Assembly (NCBI GenBank): GCA_963666735.1
Contig: OY762926.1
Coordinates: 2,464,001-2,528,000, forward strand
Source: Gemmatimonadota bacterium
GTDB lineage: Bacteria > Gemmatimonadota > Gemmatimonadetes > Palauibacterales > Palauibacteraceae
Direction of reading: 5' to 3'
Length of the DNA stretch: 64,000 nucleotides
The stretch's first letter is position 1. Every line of letters begins with the position of its first letter. This document shows, one piece after another, positions 19,312 to 29,735 of this stretch. A program made the position numbers and the translations under genes. Under the pieces are notes generated by a model. That model made no database searches. It saw only the letters and a program-made list of their open reading frames with translations, and was not told the origin of the DNA.

Positions 19312-22300
19312 TCAGGTTGACAAGCGGCGGCCGGGGGTCCAGGGGGCCCCGGCCGCTTCGAGCGCACTCTCGGCGCCGGCGAAGGCGCCGTCCATGAAGT
19401 TCGCGAACTCCGACATCCACGCGCCGAAGTCCGTTTCGGCGATCTCCAGGTTGCGGCGGTGGGTGTCGGTCGGCGTCTGCCGCGTGTCCCAGTGGCCGCC
19501 GATCACCCGGCCCACGCGGTTCGAGATCGAGGGTACGGTGGACTCGTTGAGGCGCTGCCGGGCCGGGTCCCCGAAGAGACGGATCGAGAAATCCTGGAGG
19601 CTGGCGCCGAGCGCATCCAGTTCGCCGAAGAGTTCGAGCGAGGCGTTCGGCGCCTCGAGGAGCGCGGCCCGCATGTGACGCAGCCGGTCCCGGGCGCGGC
19701 CCACCTCCTCGCCCGCCGAGGCGATGCGGCGCCTCAACTCCGACGCCTCGTTCTGGAAGGCGACGACGGCCCCGAAGTCGGTGCCGGCCTCGGTCGTGGG
19801 CACGGCCACCACATCGAAGGTCTGCGCCAGGCCGACCTCCCGCGCGCCTTCGGCCGTGACGACGACGAGTTGCGCGGAGTATTCGCCGGGGGCGACGAGG
19901 GGCCCCTGCGGCGGTCCCACCCACGGCGGCGTGAAGCCGGGCACCGTGAGGTCGATCGGGTCGGGTGCCGGGGCGCGCAGGTCCCAACTCACGCGGTGCA
20001 GGCCCTGCCTGGCGGGAGCGGCGAGCCAGCGCACGGTGCCACCATCGGAGTCGGCGATCGCGATCAGCGCCCTCGGGCCGCTCTCGGTCGCCTCCTCGTG
20101 CAGCGCGTCGTAGCCGGGGAACGCCACGTCCCCGCCCTGGTCCCGCACCATCCGCTCGGCCGCGCGGCGCGCTTCGGTCGCCGTCGTCACCGTCTCGGGC
20201 AGGTAGTAGGTGAGGGTGGCCCCGAAGTCCGGGTTCGGCGCCGTGTAGTCGTCCGACCCCAGCGTCGGCTTGCCGCGGGCCTGCATGGGGACCGATGGGA
20301 TGTACCACCAGGCGTCGCGGATCGGGAACACAGCCCCTCCCTCCGCCGCGGCCATGGCCGTGTTCGTGCCCCCGGCGAGTTCGCGCAGCGGAGTGTAGTC
20401 GTCGAGCACGTAGAAGCCACGGCCGAAGGTCGCGCCGACCACGTCGTTGTCGCGGCGCTGGACTTCCAGATCGCGGTGCGGGATGGTGGGACCGGGCAGC
20501 AGGTGCCAGTTCGCGCCGCCGTTCACGCTCGCGTACATGCCGAACTCGGCCCCGAGAAAGAGCAGGTTCGGGTTCAGGTGATCCTGCTCGATCGCCCACG
20601 CGATCGTCCCGTCGGGCAGATCTCCCGCGATCGAACGCCACGTCCGGCCCGCGTCGTTGCTCTCGAACACGAGCGGCCGGAAGTCGCCCTCCTTGTGGTT
20701 GTCCGCCACGGCGAAGACCGTCGCCGCGTCGAACTGCGACGCCTCCACGTCGTTGATGAACGCCCGTTCGGGCACGCCGGGAAGGGCGTTCGCGAGCCGC
20801 CAGTTCGCCCCGTCGTCCTCCGTCACGTGGATGAGTCCGTCGTCGCTCCCCGTGTAGATCACGCCCGCCGTCACCGGTGATTCGGAGATCCCCGTGAGCG
20901 TCGCGTACTTGGACATGGCGCCGTTGTCGATGAGGTCGTCGACGCTCCATACGCGGCCCATGAACTCCAGTTCGTAGCGGTTCACGTTCGTCGTCAGATC
21001 GCCGCTGATCGCCGTCCACGAGTTGCCCCGGTCGTCGGAGCGCCACACGCGCTGCGAGCCGTGGTAGATGCGGTCGGCGTCGTGCGGGCTGATGAGGACC
21101 GGCGCGTCCCAGTTCCAGCGCTCGGGCGGGTCGCCGGGCGCGGGCTGCGCCTGGATGTCCAGCGCCTCTTCGCTCTCCCGGTCGTAGCGGTAGAGGTTTC
21201 CCTGCTGCGTCTGCAGGTAGAGGATGTCCGGATCCCTCGGGTCGATCTGGACCGCGTACCCGTCGGCCCCCATGGGCGCGTACCAGTCCCGGTTCCGCAC
21301 GCCCTCGACGTTGGTGGTGCGGGCGGGCCCCCACAGGGTGCCGAGGTCCTGCGCGCCGCCGAGCACGTGGTAGAACGGCTCCGCGTTGTCGAGGGCGAGC
21401 TTGTAGAACTGCGAGATCGGCAGGTTCGGGAAGTGCCGGAACGTGCGGCCGTCATCGAAGCTCTCGTACAGGCCGGCGTCCGTCCCGACGAGCAGGTGCA
21501 GGGCGTCCTCCGGGTCGATCCAGAGGGCGTGGTTGTCGCTGTGTTTGTCGCGCGCCGTCTCGAGGTTCCCGAACGTCGCGCCTCCGTCCCGCGTGACCTG
21601 GATGAAGACGTCCATCTGGTACACGACGTCCGCATCGTGCGGGGAGGCTTCGATCTCCTGGTAGTAGTGGGGACCGGTGCCGCCGGAGATGTACGAGTTC
21701 CGCCGCTCCCAGCTCTCTCCCTTGTCGAGCGAACGGTAGAAGCCGCGCTCGTCGTCGTTCGCCTCCATGGTGGCGTACACGACCTCGGGGTTCGCGGGGG
21801 TGACCGCGAGTCCGATCTTTCCCACGTCGCCCGTCGGGAGTCCCGCCGAGATCCGGCGCCAGCTCTCCCCGCCATCGGTGGACTTGTAGATGCCCGAGTT
21901 GGGGCCGCCGGCGAGGTGCCCCCAGATCTTCCGGCGACGCTCGTACGCCGCCGCATAGACCATGTCCGGATTGCCGGGCGCGAATTCGATGTCGGTGACG
22001 CCCGTGTTCTCGTCGATCTCCAGCACGAGCCGCCAGGAGTCGCCGCCGTCGGTGGACTTGTACACGCCGCGGTCGCCGCCCGGAGCCCAGAGCGACCCCT
22101 CCGCAGCCACCAGGATGACATCGCTGTCGCGCGGGTCGACGAGGATCTTCCCGATGTGCTGCGAGTCGGCGAGACCGACGTTCTCCCACGTCTCCCCGCC
22201 GTTGCGGCTGCGGTAGACGCCGTCCCCCCAGCCGACGTGGCGCCCGCTGACGTTCTCTCCCGTCCCCACCCAGACCACATCCGGGTTGTTGGGATCGATC

Positions 22301-22641
22301 GCCACGTCGCCGATCGAGTACACGGACTGGTCCTCGAAGATCGCGTCCCACGTCACGCCCGCGTTCGTCGTCTTCCACACCCCGCCCGAGCCGGCCGCGA
22401 TGTACCAGGTGCTGCTCCGGTGCGGGTGTACGGCGATGTCCGCGATCCGGCCGCCCATCACCGCGGGACCGATCTCGCGCAGGGGGAGGCCGGCGACGAC
22501 CTCCGCCGCCAGCGCCTGGTCGGTCTCCTGTGCCCGAGCTTCCGCCATCAACGGAGGAAGGATCCCGGGAACTCCCATGAAGACGCCCCAAACGAACACC
22601 AACCGCGCGCGCGCCGCGCGCCGCCTCGACGAATCCCTCAT
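19312..22641 (-). CDS. Secreted VPS10/sortilin-like BNR (Asp-box) repeat protein, putative glycosyl hydrolase
   Basis: Many SxDGGxSW Asp-boxes; REIGPAVMGGRIAD N-terminus; signal peptide. Confidence 0.85.
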   Translation of the reverse strand: MRDSSRRRAARARLVFVWGVFMGVPGILPPLMAEARAQETDQALAAEVVAGLPLREIGPAVMGGRIADIAVHPHRSSTWYIAAGSGGVWKTTNAGVTWDAIFEDQSVYSIGDVAIDPNNPDVVWVGTGENVSGRHVGWGDGVYRSRNGGETWENVGLADSQHIGKILVDPRDSDVILVAAEGSLWAPGGDRGVYKSTDGGDSWRLVLEIDENTGVTDIEFAPGNPDMVYAAAYERRRKIWGHLAGGPNSGIYKSTDGGESWRRISAGLPTGDVGKIGLAVTPANPEVVYATMEANDDERGFYRSLDKGESWERRNSYISGGTGPHYYQEIEASPHDADVVYQMDVFIQVTRDGGATFGNLETARDKHSDNHALWIDPEDALHLLVGTDAGLYESFDDGRTFRHFPNLPISQFYKLALDNAEPFYHVLGGAQDLGTLWGPARTTNVEGVRNRDWYAPMGADGYAVQIDPRDPDILYLQTQQGNLYRYDRESEEALDIQAQPAPGDPPERWNWDAPVLISPHDADRIYHGSQRVWRSDDRGNSWTAISGDLTTNVNRYELEFMGRVWSVDDLIDNGAMSKYATLTGISESPVTAGVIYTGSDDGLIHVTEDDGANWRLANALPGVPERAFINDVEASQFDAATVFAVADNHKEGDFRPLVFESNDAGRTWRSIAGDLPDGTIAWAIEQDHLNPNLLFLGAEFGMYASVNGGANWHLLPGPTIPHRDLEVQRRDNDVVGATFGRGFYVLDDYTPLRELAGGTNTAMAAAEGGAVFPIRDAWWYIPSVPMQARGKPTLGSDDYTAPNPDFGATLTYYLPETVTTATEARRAAERMVRDQGGDVAFPGYDALHEEATESGPRALIAIADSDGGTVRWLAAPARQGLHRVSWDLRAPAPDPIDLTVPGFTPPWVGPPQGPLVAPGEYSAQLVVVTAEGAREVGLAQTFDVVAVPTTEAGTDFGAVVAFQNEASELRRRIASAGEEVGRARDRLRHMRAALLEAPNASLELFGELDALGASLQDFSIRLFGDPARQRLNESTVPSISNRVGRVIGGHWDTRQTPTDTHRRNLEIAETDFGAWMSEFANFMDGAFAGAESALEAAGAPWTPGRRLST

Positions 22642-22811
22642 CTCGCTGCTCTCCTTGTACCTCGCCCTCGGGTCTGTGTGTGGCTTCGCCGAATACGCTA
22701 TCTCCGAAGACCCCGGCCAGACAGGGCTCACGGAAGGGCCGCGAAGCGACGCGACGGACGAGGGAGATGGAGGGCAGCCGGGTCGCGCGGGGCGGCCTGC
22801 CGAGCCTCGCG

Positions 22812-23213
22812 TCAGCTCCTGCGGGGCGACCGGGAACGCCAGGCGGCGGCCAGCGCCCGGTCGAACGTCATGAGGTCCTCGGGCTCCCGCCGGATACAGC
22901 AGGCAAGATGAACAAGATCGCGCGCCTGGAGTTCAGGGTGCGGGGTCGACAGATGTCGTGCCCGTTCCACATCTTCTCTTTCGACGGGCCAGACTTCCGC
23001 CACTGTCGCGTCCACGAGATCGAAGGCGACGTTCAAGGTGCGCCGTTCGCCTCTTCGGACGTATGTGTGGAGTAGTTCCTGAAGTATTTCCGCCGACGTC
23101 ACGAGGCGTCGGTCGCGCCGCTTCGAGCGAAAGAAGAACGCCCGGGCCTCCGCCTTGAAAGCCTGATCGGCGCCGACGAAATACATGAAGACGTTCGCGT
23201 CGACGAAGATCAC
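22812..23213 (-). CDS. vapC: VapC-type PIN-domain toxin
   Basis: GTG start IFVDANVFMY; TSAEILQE, ARDLVH, TFDRAL. Confidence 0.85.
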   Translation of the reverse strand: MIFVDANVFMYFVGADQAFKAEARAFFFRSKRRDRRLVTSAEILQELLHTYVRRGERRTLNVAFDLVDATVAEVWPVEREDVERARHLSTPHPELQARDLVHLACCIRREPEDLMTFDRALAAAWRSRSPRRS

Positions 23214-23371
23214 GTCGTCTCGATCCCGGAGAGCCTGGACTCCGAGATCACTCGCCTCACGTCGGGCCAGTCGGGTTTTGGAGCGTCGGACCGCCGCGCA
23301 TCGCACGCGGCGTTGAACTCGCGAAGTTTTTCCAAGGTGACCTTACGCGGACGCGTGGCGGCCAGCCTCAT
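23210..23371 (-). pseudogene. Antitoxin C-terminal fragment (53 aa), paralogous to the upstream antitoxin
   Basis: RPRKVTLEKLREFNAACDA..PKPDWPDVRRVI aligns to RPRLFTVEELEAFAAECDA..REPNWEETKRML; stop overlaps the vapC GTG. Confidence 0.65.
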
Positions 23372-23376
23372 GAAAA

Positions 23377-23646
23377 TCATGCGCCAGGATCCGGAAACCG
23401 AGTCTCGACGAGCATGCGCTTGGTCTCCTCCCAGTTCGGCTCCCTGGCGCCGGGTGGATGCATCGCGTCGCACTCGGCGGCGAACGCCTCGAGTTCCTCT
23501 ACGGTAAACAGGCGTGGACGCGCCGCCTCCAGCTTCTCATCGGCCGCTTCCCGCAGCCATTGCCCGAGCGACTTCTCCTCGCGCTCCGCCTGGGCCTGGT
23601 AGCGGATCTTGGCGCTTTCCCTGACGACGAAGTGAATCCTCGACAT
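23377..23646 (-). CDS. Antitoxin (RHH-like N-terminus)
   Basis: MSRIHFVV..YQAQAEREEKSLGQWLREAA, upstream of a PIN toxin. Palindromes GTGCATG/CATGCAC (23661-23683) and TGATGCATCA (23691-23700) lie upstream. Confidence 0.75.
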   Translation of the reverse strand: MSRIHFVVRESAKIRYQAQAEREEKSLGQWLREAADEKLEAARPRLFTVEELEAFAAECDAMHPPGAREPNWEETKRMLVETRFPDPGA

Positions 23647-23751
23647 GACCCCTCTTGTATGTGCATGATTGTGACACATGCACCACGTTGTGATGCATCA
23701 GTCCATCCGTCAACCACTGACCATCAAGTACCGTCCGTCATCATCCGTGCA

Positions 23752-25332
23752 TCAACGATCGAGCGGCGGCGCGGTCGCGGGCGGGCGGCGGTGGTGCGTC
23801 GCCTGCTCGTAGGCGTAGCCGAAACCGAGGAGCATCGCCTCCGTGAACGGGCGTCCCAGGAACTCGAGACCCACGGGGAGGCCGTCGTCCGTGAACCCGG
23901 CGGGGACCGTGAGCGCCGGGAACCCCGTCAGCGGGCTCAGCGAACGGTTGTCGCCGAGGGCGTAGCGGTCGTTCGGGGCGGGGTTCGTCTCCACATCGTC
24001 GGCGATCGGAGCCGGCGGGTGGTCGAAGGTGGCGTAGACGAAGGCGTCGAGGTCGTGCTCCGCCATCGTCGCCATGACGTCCTCCCTCACCCGGTCGCGC
24101 GCCAGGAGGTATTCCAAGTAGCCGGGGTCGCGGGTCGTCTTGCCCAGAAGACCGGCCATGCCGGCGGCCCGCCACGGATTGACGCGGCCCGAGAGGAGGA
24201 TCGAAGCGAGGGTGCGGTACGGCGGGTCGCGGAGCTCGGCGAGGTAGGCGTCGGTCACCTCCTCGGTCTCGTAGGAGTTGGCGCCGAAGATGGCGCTCAC
24301 CCGTTCGATCCCGGGGACAGCGACATCGAACACTTCGGCCCCCAGGTCGCGGAGCGCGCCGGTCGCCGCCTCCATCCGCGCGCGCACCTGCCGGAATCCC
24401 GCCGATGTCGTGTCCACGGAGCGGTCCATCGGCTCGCGGATGACGCCGATCCGGGCGCCCGCCAGCGCTCCCGTATCGAGTCCGGCCGCGTAGGAATCGG
24501 GAACCTGTCCCACCGAGTACGCCGTCACGGGATCGTTGGGATCGTAGCCGGCGATGACATCGAGGAGGATGGCCGCGTCCGTCACGGTGCGGGTCATCGG
24601 GCCCATGGTGTCGGTGGTGGGGTTGGCGGGCATCATCCCGAACCGGCTCACGAGGGGGAGCGTGGGACGGAGACCGACGAGCGAGACCACGGCCGCCGGA
24701 CCCCGGATGGAACCTCCCGTGTCCTCGCCGATGCCGATCATGCCGAGGTTCGCCGCCACGCCGGAGCCCGTGCCGCCGGAGGAACCGCTCGGATTTCGCC
24801 GCGGGTCGTACGCGTTGCGGATGATCCCGAACCCCGAGCCCACATAGCGCGAGGCGAACTCGCCCATGTTCGTCTTCGCGATGATGAGCGCGCCCGCCTC
24901 CTTCATCCGCGTGACGATGGTCGCGTCGCGCTCCGACATGTAGCCCTCGAAGAGCGCCGACCCGTAGGTCGTCGGCATGTCGCCGGTCTCCACCTGGTCC
25001 TTGAGGAGGACGGGGATGCAGTGCAGCGGTCCGGTGAGGCCGCCGGACGCGAAGGCGGCGTCGAGGCTTCGCGCTTCCTCGAGGGCTCGCGGGTTCACGA
25101 CCGCGATCGAGTTGAGAAGCGGTCCCTGTTTGTCGTACGCTTCGATGCGCGCCAGGTAGCTCTCCACCAGGCCCTCGCACGTGAGGTCGCCCGACCGGAA
25201 AGCGGCGTGGACTTCCGCGATCGTCGCCTCTTCGACCGCGAATGCCTGCGCCTGGAGCGAGACGGGAGCCGCCGTGAGCGCCAGGGCGAACGAGAGGGCC
25301 AACCTGATTGCGATCGACGTTCGAGCAGACAT
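23752..25332 (-). CDS. Amidase signature family protein (secreted)
   Basis: LKDQ, SGSSGGTG, GEDTGGSIRGPA. Confidence 0.92.
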   Translation of the reverse strand: MSARTSIAIRLALSFALALTAAPVSLQAQAFAVEEATIAEVHAAFRSGDLTCEGLVESYLARIEAYDKQGPLLNSIAVVNPRALEEARSLDAAFASGGLTGPLHCIPVLLKDQVETGDMPTTYGSALFEGYMSERDATIVTRMKEAGALIIAKTNMGEFASRYVGSGFGIIRNAYDPRRNPSGSSGGTGSGVAANLGMIGIGEDTGGSIRGPAAVVSLVGLRPTLPLVSRFGMMPANPTTDTMGPMTRTVTDAAILLDVIAGYDPNDPVTAYSVGQVPDSYAAGLDTGALAGARIGVIREPMDRSVDTTSAGFRQVRARMEAATGALRDLGAEVFDVAVPGIERVSAIFGANSYETEEVTDAYLAELRDPPYRTLASILLSGRVNPWRAAGMAGLLGKTTRDPGYLEYLLARDRVREDVMATMAEHDLDAFVYATFDHPPAPIADDVETNPAPNDRYALGDNRSLSPLTGFPALTVPAGFTDDGLPVGLEFLGRPFTEAMLLGFGYAYEQATHHRRPPATAPPLDR

Positions 25333-25445
25333 GGCAGCACCTGTCCTCGGGGGAACTCGATTGACCGGCCGTTGATGAGGGTCCGTAACCTAAACTTTAG
25401 CGGGACGTGATCCGCCCGGAAGGCTTGGCCCAATGGGAGGACGCA

Positions 25446-26795
25446 TCAGCCCGCCCCGGTGCCGCAATAGCGGATTGCGGTGACGGCGAGGATGCGGGCC
25501 AGTTCGACGAGGTCCTCGGCGAGGATGCTCTCGTCGGGGCGGTGGGCCTCGCGGACATCGCCGGGGCCGAAGAGCACCGTGGGCACGTGGCCGTGGTTGA
25601 CGAGGAGCCGCATGTCCGCGCCGTAACGCACGCCCCCGACGCGAGGTTCCGTGCCGCCGAGTGACCGCGCGGCGCCGGCCAGGGCGCCGACCACGGGGTC
25701 GTGCGCGTCCGTGCGGGCGGCCGCGAACTGCGCCCCGACCCACTCGACGATGGGCGGGTGGTCGCGCAGCCAGGCATCACCGGAAGCGGCTTCGGCCACG
25801 GCGTCCTCCAGCGCGCGGCGCGCCCTGGCGAGGTCCTCTCCGGGCGCGACGCCGTAGCGACCCTCCACGACGAGGGTCTCCGCCACCGTCGAGGGCCAGA
25901 TCCCGGCACGGAGCCGTCCCATGGTCAGGGCGTACGGCGGCGCTTCCCCGCGGAACAGCGGGTCGGCCACGTCGCGGTTCCGGTCCGCCTCGAGCGCCCG
26001 AAGCCGCCGGAAGATGGGGATGAACTTCTCGACCGGGTCCACACCTTCCTCCCGCAGCGCCCCGTGCGCGGCGAGGCCCGGGACGGTGAGCCGGAAGCTG
26101 AGGGCGCCGGCGTGCGCGGGCGCGATGACGAACTCCGTCGGCTCGACGACGATGGCGCCGTCACCGGTGTGCCCGCGCTCGATCGTGGCCAGCATCCCCG
26201 CGCCGCCGTCCTCCTCGCCGATCACGCTCTGGATCTGGAGCGCGCCGTCCAATTCGATCCCGGCGTCGCGCAGCGCCCGCGCCGCCGCCAGCGCGGCGCA
26301 GAGCTGCCCCTTCATGTCCACGACCCCGCGCCCGACCAGACGACCGCCGCGACGCGTGAGTTCGAAGGGCGGGTGCGTCCAGCGCTCGACCTCGCCCGCG
26401 GGGACCACATCGATGTGGCCGTTCAGGATCAGCCTGCGGCCCTCTCCCCGCCCCATGGTTCCGGCGACTCCCAAACCCTCGTGGCGTTCCACGTCGGCGG
26501 TGTAGGCGGGGTGGCGGCGCAGTTGCTCGAAATCGATCTCCCACACGTCCGTCTCGAGACCGATCGCGCGCATCTCCGCGGCCACGCGCTGCTGGGCCGG
26601 CGTCTCGCGGTTTGCGACGCTCTCGATCGCGATGAGGTCGGCCAGGAGCGCGAACAGGCGTTCCGCGTTCACGGCCTCCGCAGCCCGGCGCTCTTCGGAC
26701 GACAGCGCGCCGCCGTCGCCCGCAACGTTCCCGCGGCAACGTCCTGCGTCGGTCTCCTTCCCGTCCCCCGGCATGGCCTCCTCCCCTGCGTCCAT
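25446..26795 (-). CDS. ArgE/DapE-family M20 deacylase
   Basis: LNGHIDVVP, GRGVVDMKG, IGEEDGG, AHRPDE. Confidence 0.9.
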   Translation of the reverse strand: MDAGEEAMPGDGKETDAGRCRGNVAGDGGALSSEERRAAEAVNAERLFALLADLIAIESVANRETPAQQRVAAEMRAIGLETDVWEIDFEQLRRHPAYTADVERHEGLGVAGTMGRGEGRRLILNGHIDVVPAGEVERWTHPPFELTRRGGRLVGRGVVDMKGQLCAALAAARALRDAGIELDGALQIQSVIGEEDGGAGMLATIERGHTGDGAIVVEPTEFVIAPAHAGALSFRLTVPGLAAHGALREEGVDPVEKFIPIFRRLRALEADRNRDVADPLFRGEAPPYALTMGRLRAGIWPSTVAETLVVEGRYGVAPGEDLARARRALEDAVAEAASGDAWLRDHPPIVEWVGAQFAAARTDAHDPVVGALAGAARSLGGTEPRVGGVRYGADMRLLVNHGHVPTVLFGPGDVREAHRPDESILAEDLVELARILAVTAIRYCGTGAG

Positions 26796-26936
26796 GCGCG
26801 GAGTATGTCACGGATCGGCCTCTCGGGGCGACCCGCCATGGCGGTCTCGTCCGCGCGTTGCGCAATGGCTACCGTACCGGCACGAAGCAGGACTCAGGCG
26901 GGATTAACAAGGCGGGATGAACAAGGAGCACAATCC

Positions 26937-28394
26937 ATGCGCCTCCGGACACGACCTTCATTTACGAGGTTTACGAGGCTGGCCGCCGCGACGCTCGCCG
27001 TCGCGCTGCTGCCCGCCCTCCCCCTCGCGGCCCAGTCCGTCTCGCCGGCGGACGACCCGGGCCTCGGCCGCCTCCTCGCGGAAATCGAACGGCTGGCGCC
27101 CGGCAGCGGCGGCACGGTGGGGGTGGGCGCCGTCCACATCGAGACGGGCCGCGCCGTGTGGTTCAACGAGGACGAACGCTTCCCGATGGCCTCGACCTAC
27201 AAGGTGCCGATCGCGGTCCAACTCCTGTCGCGGGTCGACCGGGGCGAGATCACGCTCGCGGACATGGTCGAACTCGAGCCCGGCGACATCCATCCGGGCA
27301 GCGGGACGATCTCGAACCTGTTCGACGACCCCGGCGTGGCGCTCTCCCTCCGGAACCTGCTCGAGTTGATGCTGCTCATCTCCGACAACAGCGCGACGGA
27401 TCTCACCCTGGCCGCCGCCGGCGGACCCGCCGCCGTGAACGCCCGCATGGCCGAACTCCGGGTCGACGGCCTGAGCGTGGACCGTCCGACATCCGTCCTC
27501 ATCGGAGACTACTCCGGCGTGGAGACGCCGGGCGACGGCAGGATCTCGCTGTCCGAGTTCCGTGGCCTCGCGGGCGATGTCACGGCGGCGGACCGGGCGG
27601 CCGCGCGCGAGACCTTCGCTACCGACCCCCGGGACACGTCGACGCCCCGCGCCATGGCTCACCTGCTGGCGATGACCTGGGCGGGGAAGGCGCTGGGCTC
27701 GAAGAACACGGAGGTCTTCAAGGACATCATGCTGCGCGTGCAGACCGGCGCCGGCCGCATCAAGGGCGTGCTGCCTCCCGGGACGCCGGTCGGACACAAG
27801 ACGGGCACGATCGGCGGGACGACGAACGACGTCGGGTACATCTACCTTCCGGACGGGGCCGGGCACGTGATCACCGTCGTGTTCGTGAAGGATTCCGAGC
27901 GTTCCGTCCCGGCGCGCGAGGCGGCGATCGCCCAGATCTCGCGCGCGATCTACGACTACTTCCTGTTCAATCCGGGGACGCCGGCAGACGCGGCCGCCGG
28001 GCGCGACAACCCGCGCTTCGGGGTGTGGAAGCTGCGCTCCGGCGCGCCGCCCCCGTCGCTCAACGTCATGACGTACGAGCCCTGGGAGGACGGCGGGATG
28101 AAGATTACCGTCGAGTCCACGAACGCCCGCGGCGGCGAGTCGAAGTGGAGCTACGAGACGATGTTCGACGGCGCATTCCACCCCGTGACCGGACGGGACG
28201 GGGTCGAGACTGCGGTGGAAGTCGTGGACGAGTTCACGAACCGGATCACGAGCCGCCGGGATGGCCGCGTCACGCAGGTCATCATCAACGTCCTCTCGGA
28301 GGATGGAAACCGGATCGACAACGAGTACCGCAGCACGGACGCGGAGGGGAACGAGCGCGTGTCGTACGCGGTGTACGAACGCATCGGCGGGTGA
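26937..28394 (+). CDS. Class A beta-lactamase-like serine hydrolase fused to a C-terminal beta-barrel-like domain
   Basis: FPMASTYK (SxxK), ISDN, HKTGT; signal peptide; extra ~125 aa starting FGVWKL; AAGGAG RBS. Confidence 0.85.
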   Translation: MRLRTRPSFTRFTRLAAATLAVALLPALPLAAQSVSPADDPGLGRLLAEIERLAPGSGGTVGVGAVHIETGRAVWFNEDERFPMASTYKVPIAVQLLSRVDRGEITLADMVELEPGDIHPGSGTISNLFDDPGVALSLRNLLELMLLISDNSATDLTLAAAGGPAAVNARMAELRVDGLSVDRPTSVLIGDYSGVETPGDGRISLSEFRGLAGDVTAADRAAARETFATDPRDTSTPRAMAHLLAMTWAGKALGSKNTEVFKDIMLRVQTGAGRIKGVLPPGTPVGHKTGTIGGTTNDVGYIYLPDGAGHVITVVFVKDSERSVPAREAAIAQISRAIYDYFLFNPGTPADAAAGRDNPRFGVWKLRSGAPPPSLNVMTYEPWEDGGMKITVESTNARGGESKWSYETMFDGAFHPVTGRDGVETAVEVVDEFTNRITSRRDGRVTQVIINVLSEDGNRIDNEYRSTDAEGNERVSYAVYERIGG

Positions 28395-28402
28395 GGCGGG
28401 CG

Positions 28403-29710
28403 ATGTCCAGGGACTACGACGCGATCATCATCGGGGCCGGCGTCATCGGCGTCTGCACCGGGTTCGAGCTGGCCAAGCGGGGCTTCCGCACGCTCAACGT
28501 CGACAAGCTCCCCGCGGCCGGGTACGGCTCCACCTCGAACACGTGCGCCATCATCCGGCTCCACTACTCGACGCCGGACGGCGTGGCCATGGCGCGTGAG
28601 TCCTACTTCTACTGGCTCGACTGGGGGAAGTACGTCGGCGTGCCCGATCCCTCCGGGCTGGCCCGTTATGTGAACACCGGCTGTCTCGTAACGAAGACGG
28701 AGAAGAACCACTACTTGGAGCGGGTGAAGGCGAGTCTCGACGAACTCCACGTCGTGTATGAGGACCTCGACGCAACGGGGATGAAGGAGAAGCTCTCCTT
28801 TCTCGACACGCGACAGTTCGGACCTCCCGTAACGGAGGAGGAGCCGGGCTTCGGACGGCCCACGGGTGGAAACGTGGAGGGGGCCCTCTACATCCCGGAA
28901 TCCGGCTACATCAACGATCCGCAGCTCTGCTGCCACAACGTGCAGCTCGGCTGCGAGGCGCACGGGGGCGAGTTCCGCTTCAACACCGAGGTCACGGAGA
29001 TCCTCCGGGAGAACGGCCGGGTCGCCGGAGTGCGGGTGAAGGATGGGTCCGAGGTGCGCGCGCCCGTGGTGGTCAACGTGGGCGGTCCCCACTCCTTCGT
29101 CATCAACCGGATGGCGGGCGTCGAGGAGGGAATGAACATCCGGACGCGCGCGTTGAAGCAGGAGGTCTGTCACGTCCCCGCGCCGGAGGGCGTGGACTAT
29201 AACGTGGTCGGCATGCTGATCTCGGACAGCGATATCGGGTGTTATTCCAGACCCGAAGTCGGCAACCACATCCTCATCGGGTCGGAAGATCCGCCCTGCG
29301 ACGATCTCGAATGGGTGGAGGATCCGGACGACTATGACAAGACGTTCAGTGATCAGTGGAGGACGCAGGCCCTGCGCGAGGCCCAGCGGGTGCGGGGACT
29401 CCCCGTGCCGGAGGCGCGACAGGGGCTCGTCGATCTCTACGATGTGTCCGACGACTGGATCCCGATCTACGACAAGTCCGATCTGCCCGGCTTCTATATG
29501 GCGGTAGGAACATCCGGGAACCAGTTCAAGAACGCGCCCGTCGCCGGCCAGCTCATGGCGGAGCTGATAGAGGCGGTCGAGGACGGGCGCGATCACGACG
29601 CGGACCCCGTACAGTTCCACATGAAATATACGAGGCGGGACTGTAACCTCGGGTTCTTCAGCCGACTCCGGACAATGAATCCGGACTCGTCCTACTCGGT
29701 CATCGGCTGA
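28403..29710 (+). CDS. FAD-dependent oxidoreductase (DAO / sarcosine oxidase beta-like)
   Basis: IIGAGVIG, GSTSNT, GTSGNQFKNAP. Confidence 0.88.
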   Translation: MSRDYDAIIIGAGVIGVCTGFELAKRGFRTLNVDKLPAAGYGSTSNTCAIIRLHYSTPDGVAMARESYFYWLDWGKYVGVPDPSGLARYVNTGCLVTKTEKNHYLERVKASLDELHVVYEDLDATGMKEKLSFLDTRQFGPPVTEEEPGFGRPTGGNVEGALYIPESGYINDPQLCCHNVQLGCEAHGGEFRFNTEVTEILRENGRVAGVRVKDGSEVRAPVVVNVGGPHSFVINRMAGVEEGMNIRTRALKQEVCHVPAPEGVDYNVVGMLISDSDIGCYSRPEVGNHILIGSEDPPCDDLEWVEDPDDYDKTFSDQWRTQALREAQRVRGLPVPEARQGLVDLYDVSDDWIPIYDKSDLPGFYMAVGTSGNQFKNAPVAGQLMAELIEAVEDGRDHDADPVQFHMKYTRRDCNLGFFSRLRTMNPDSSYSVIG

Positions 29711-29735
29711 GCCGCCGCCACTCGACTCGCATTCG

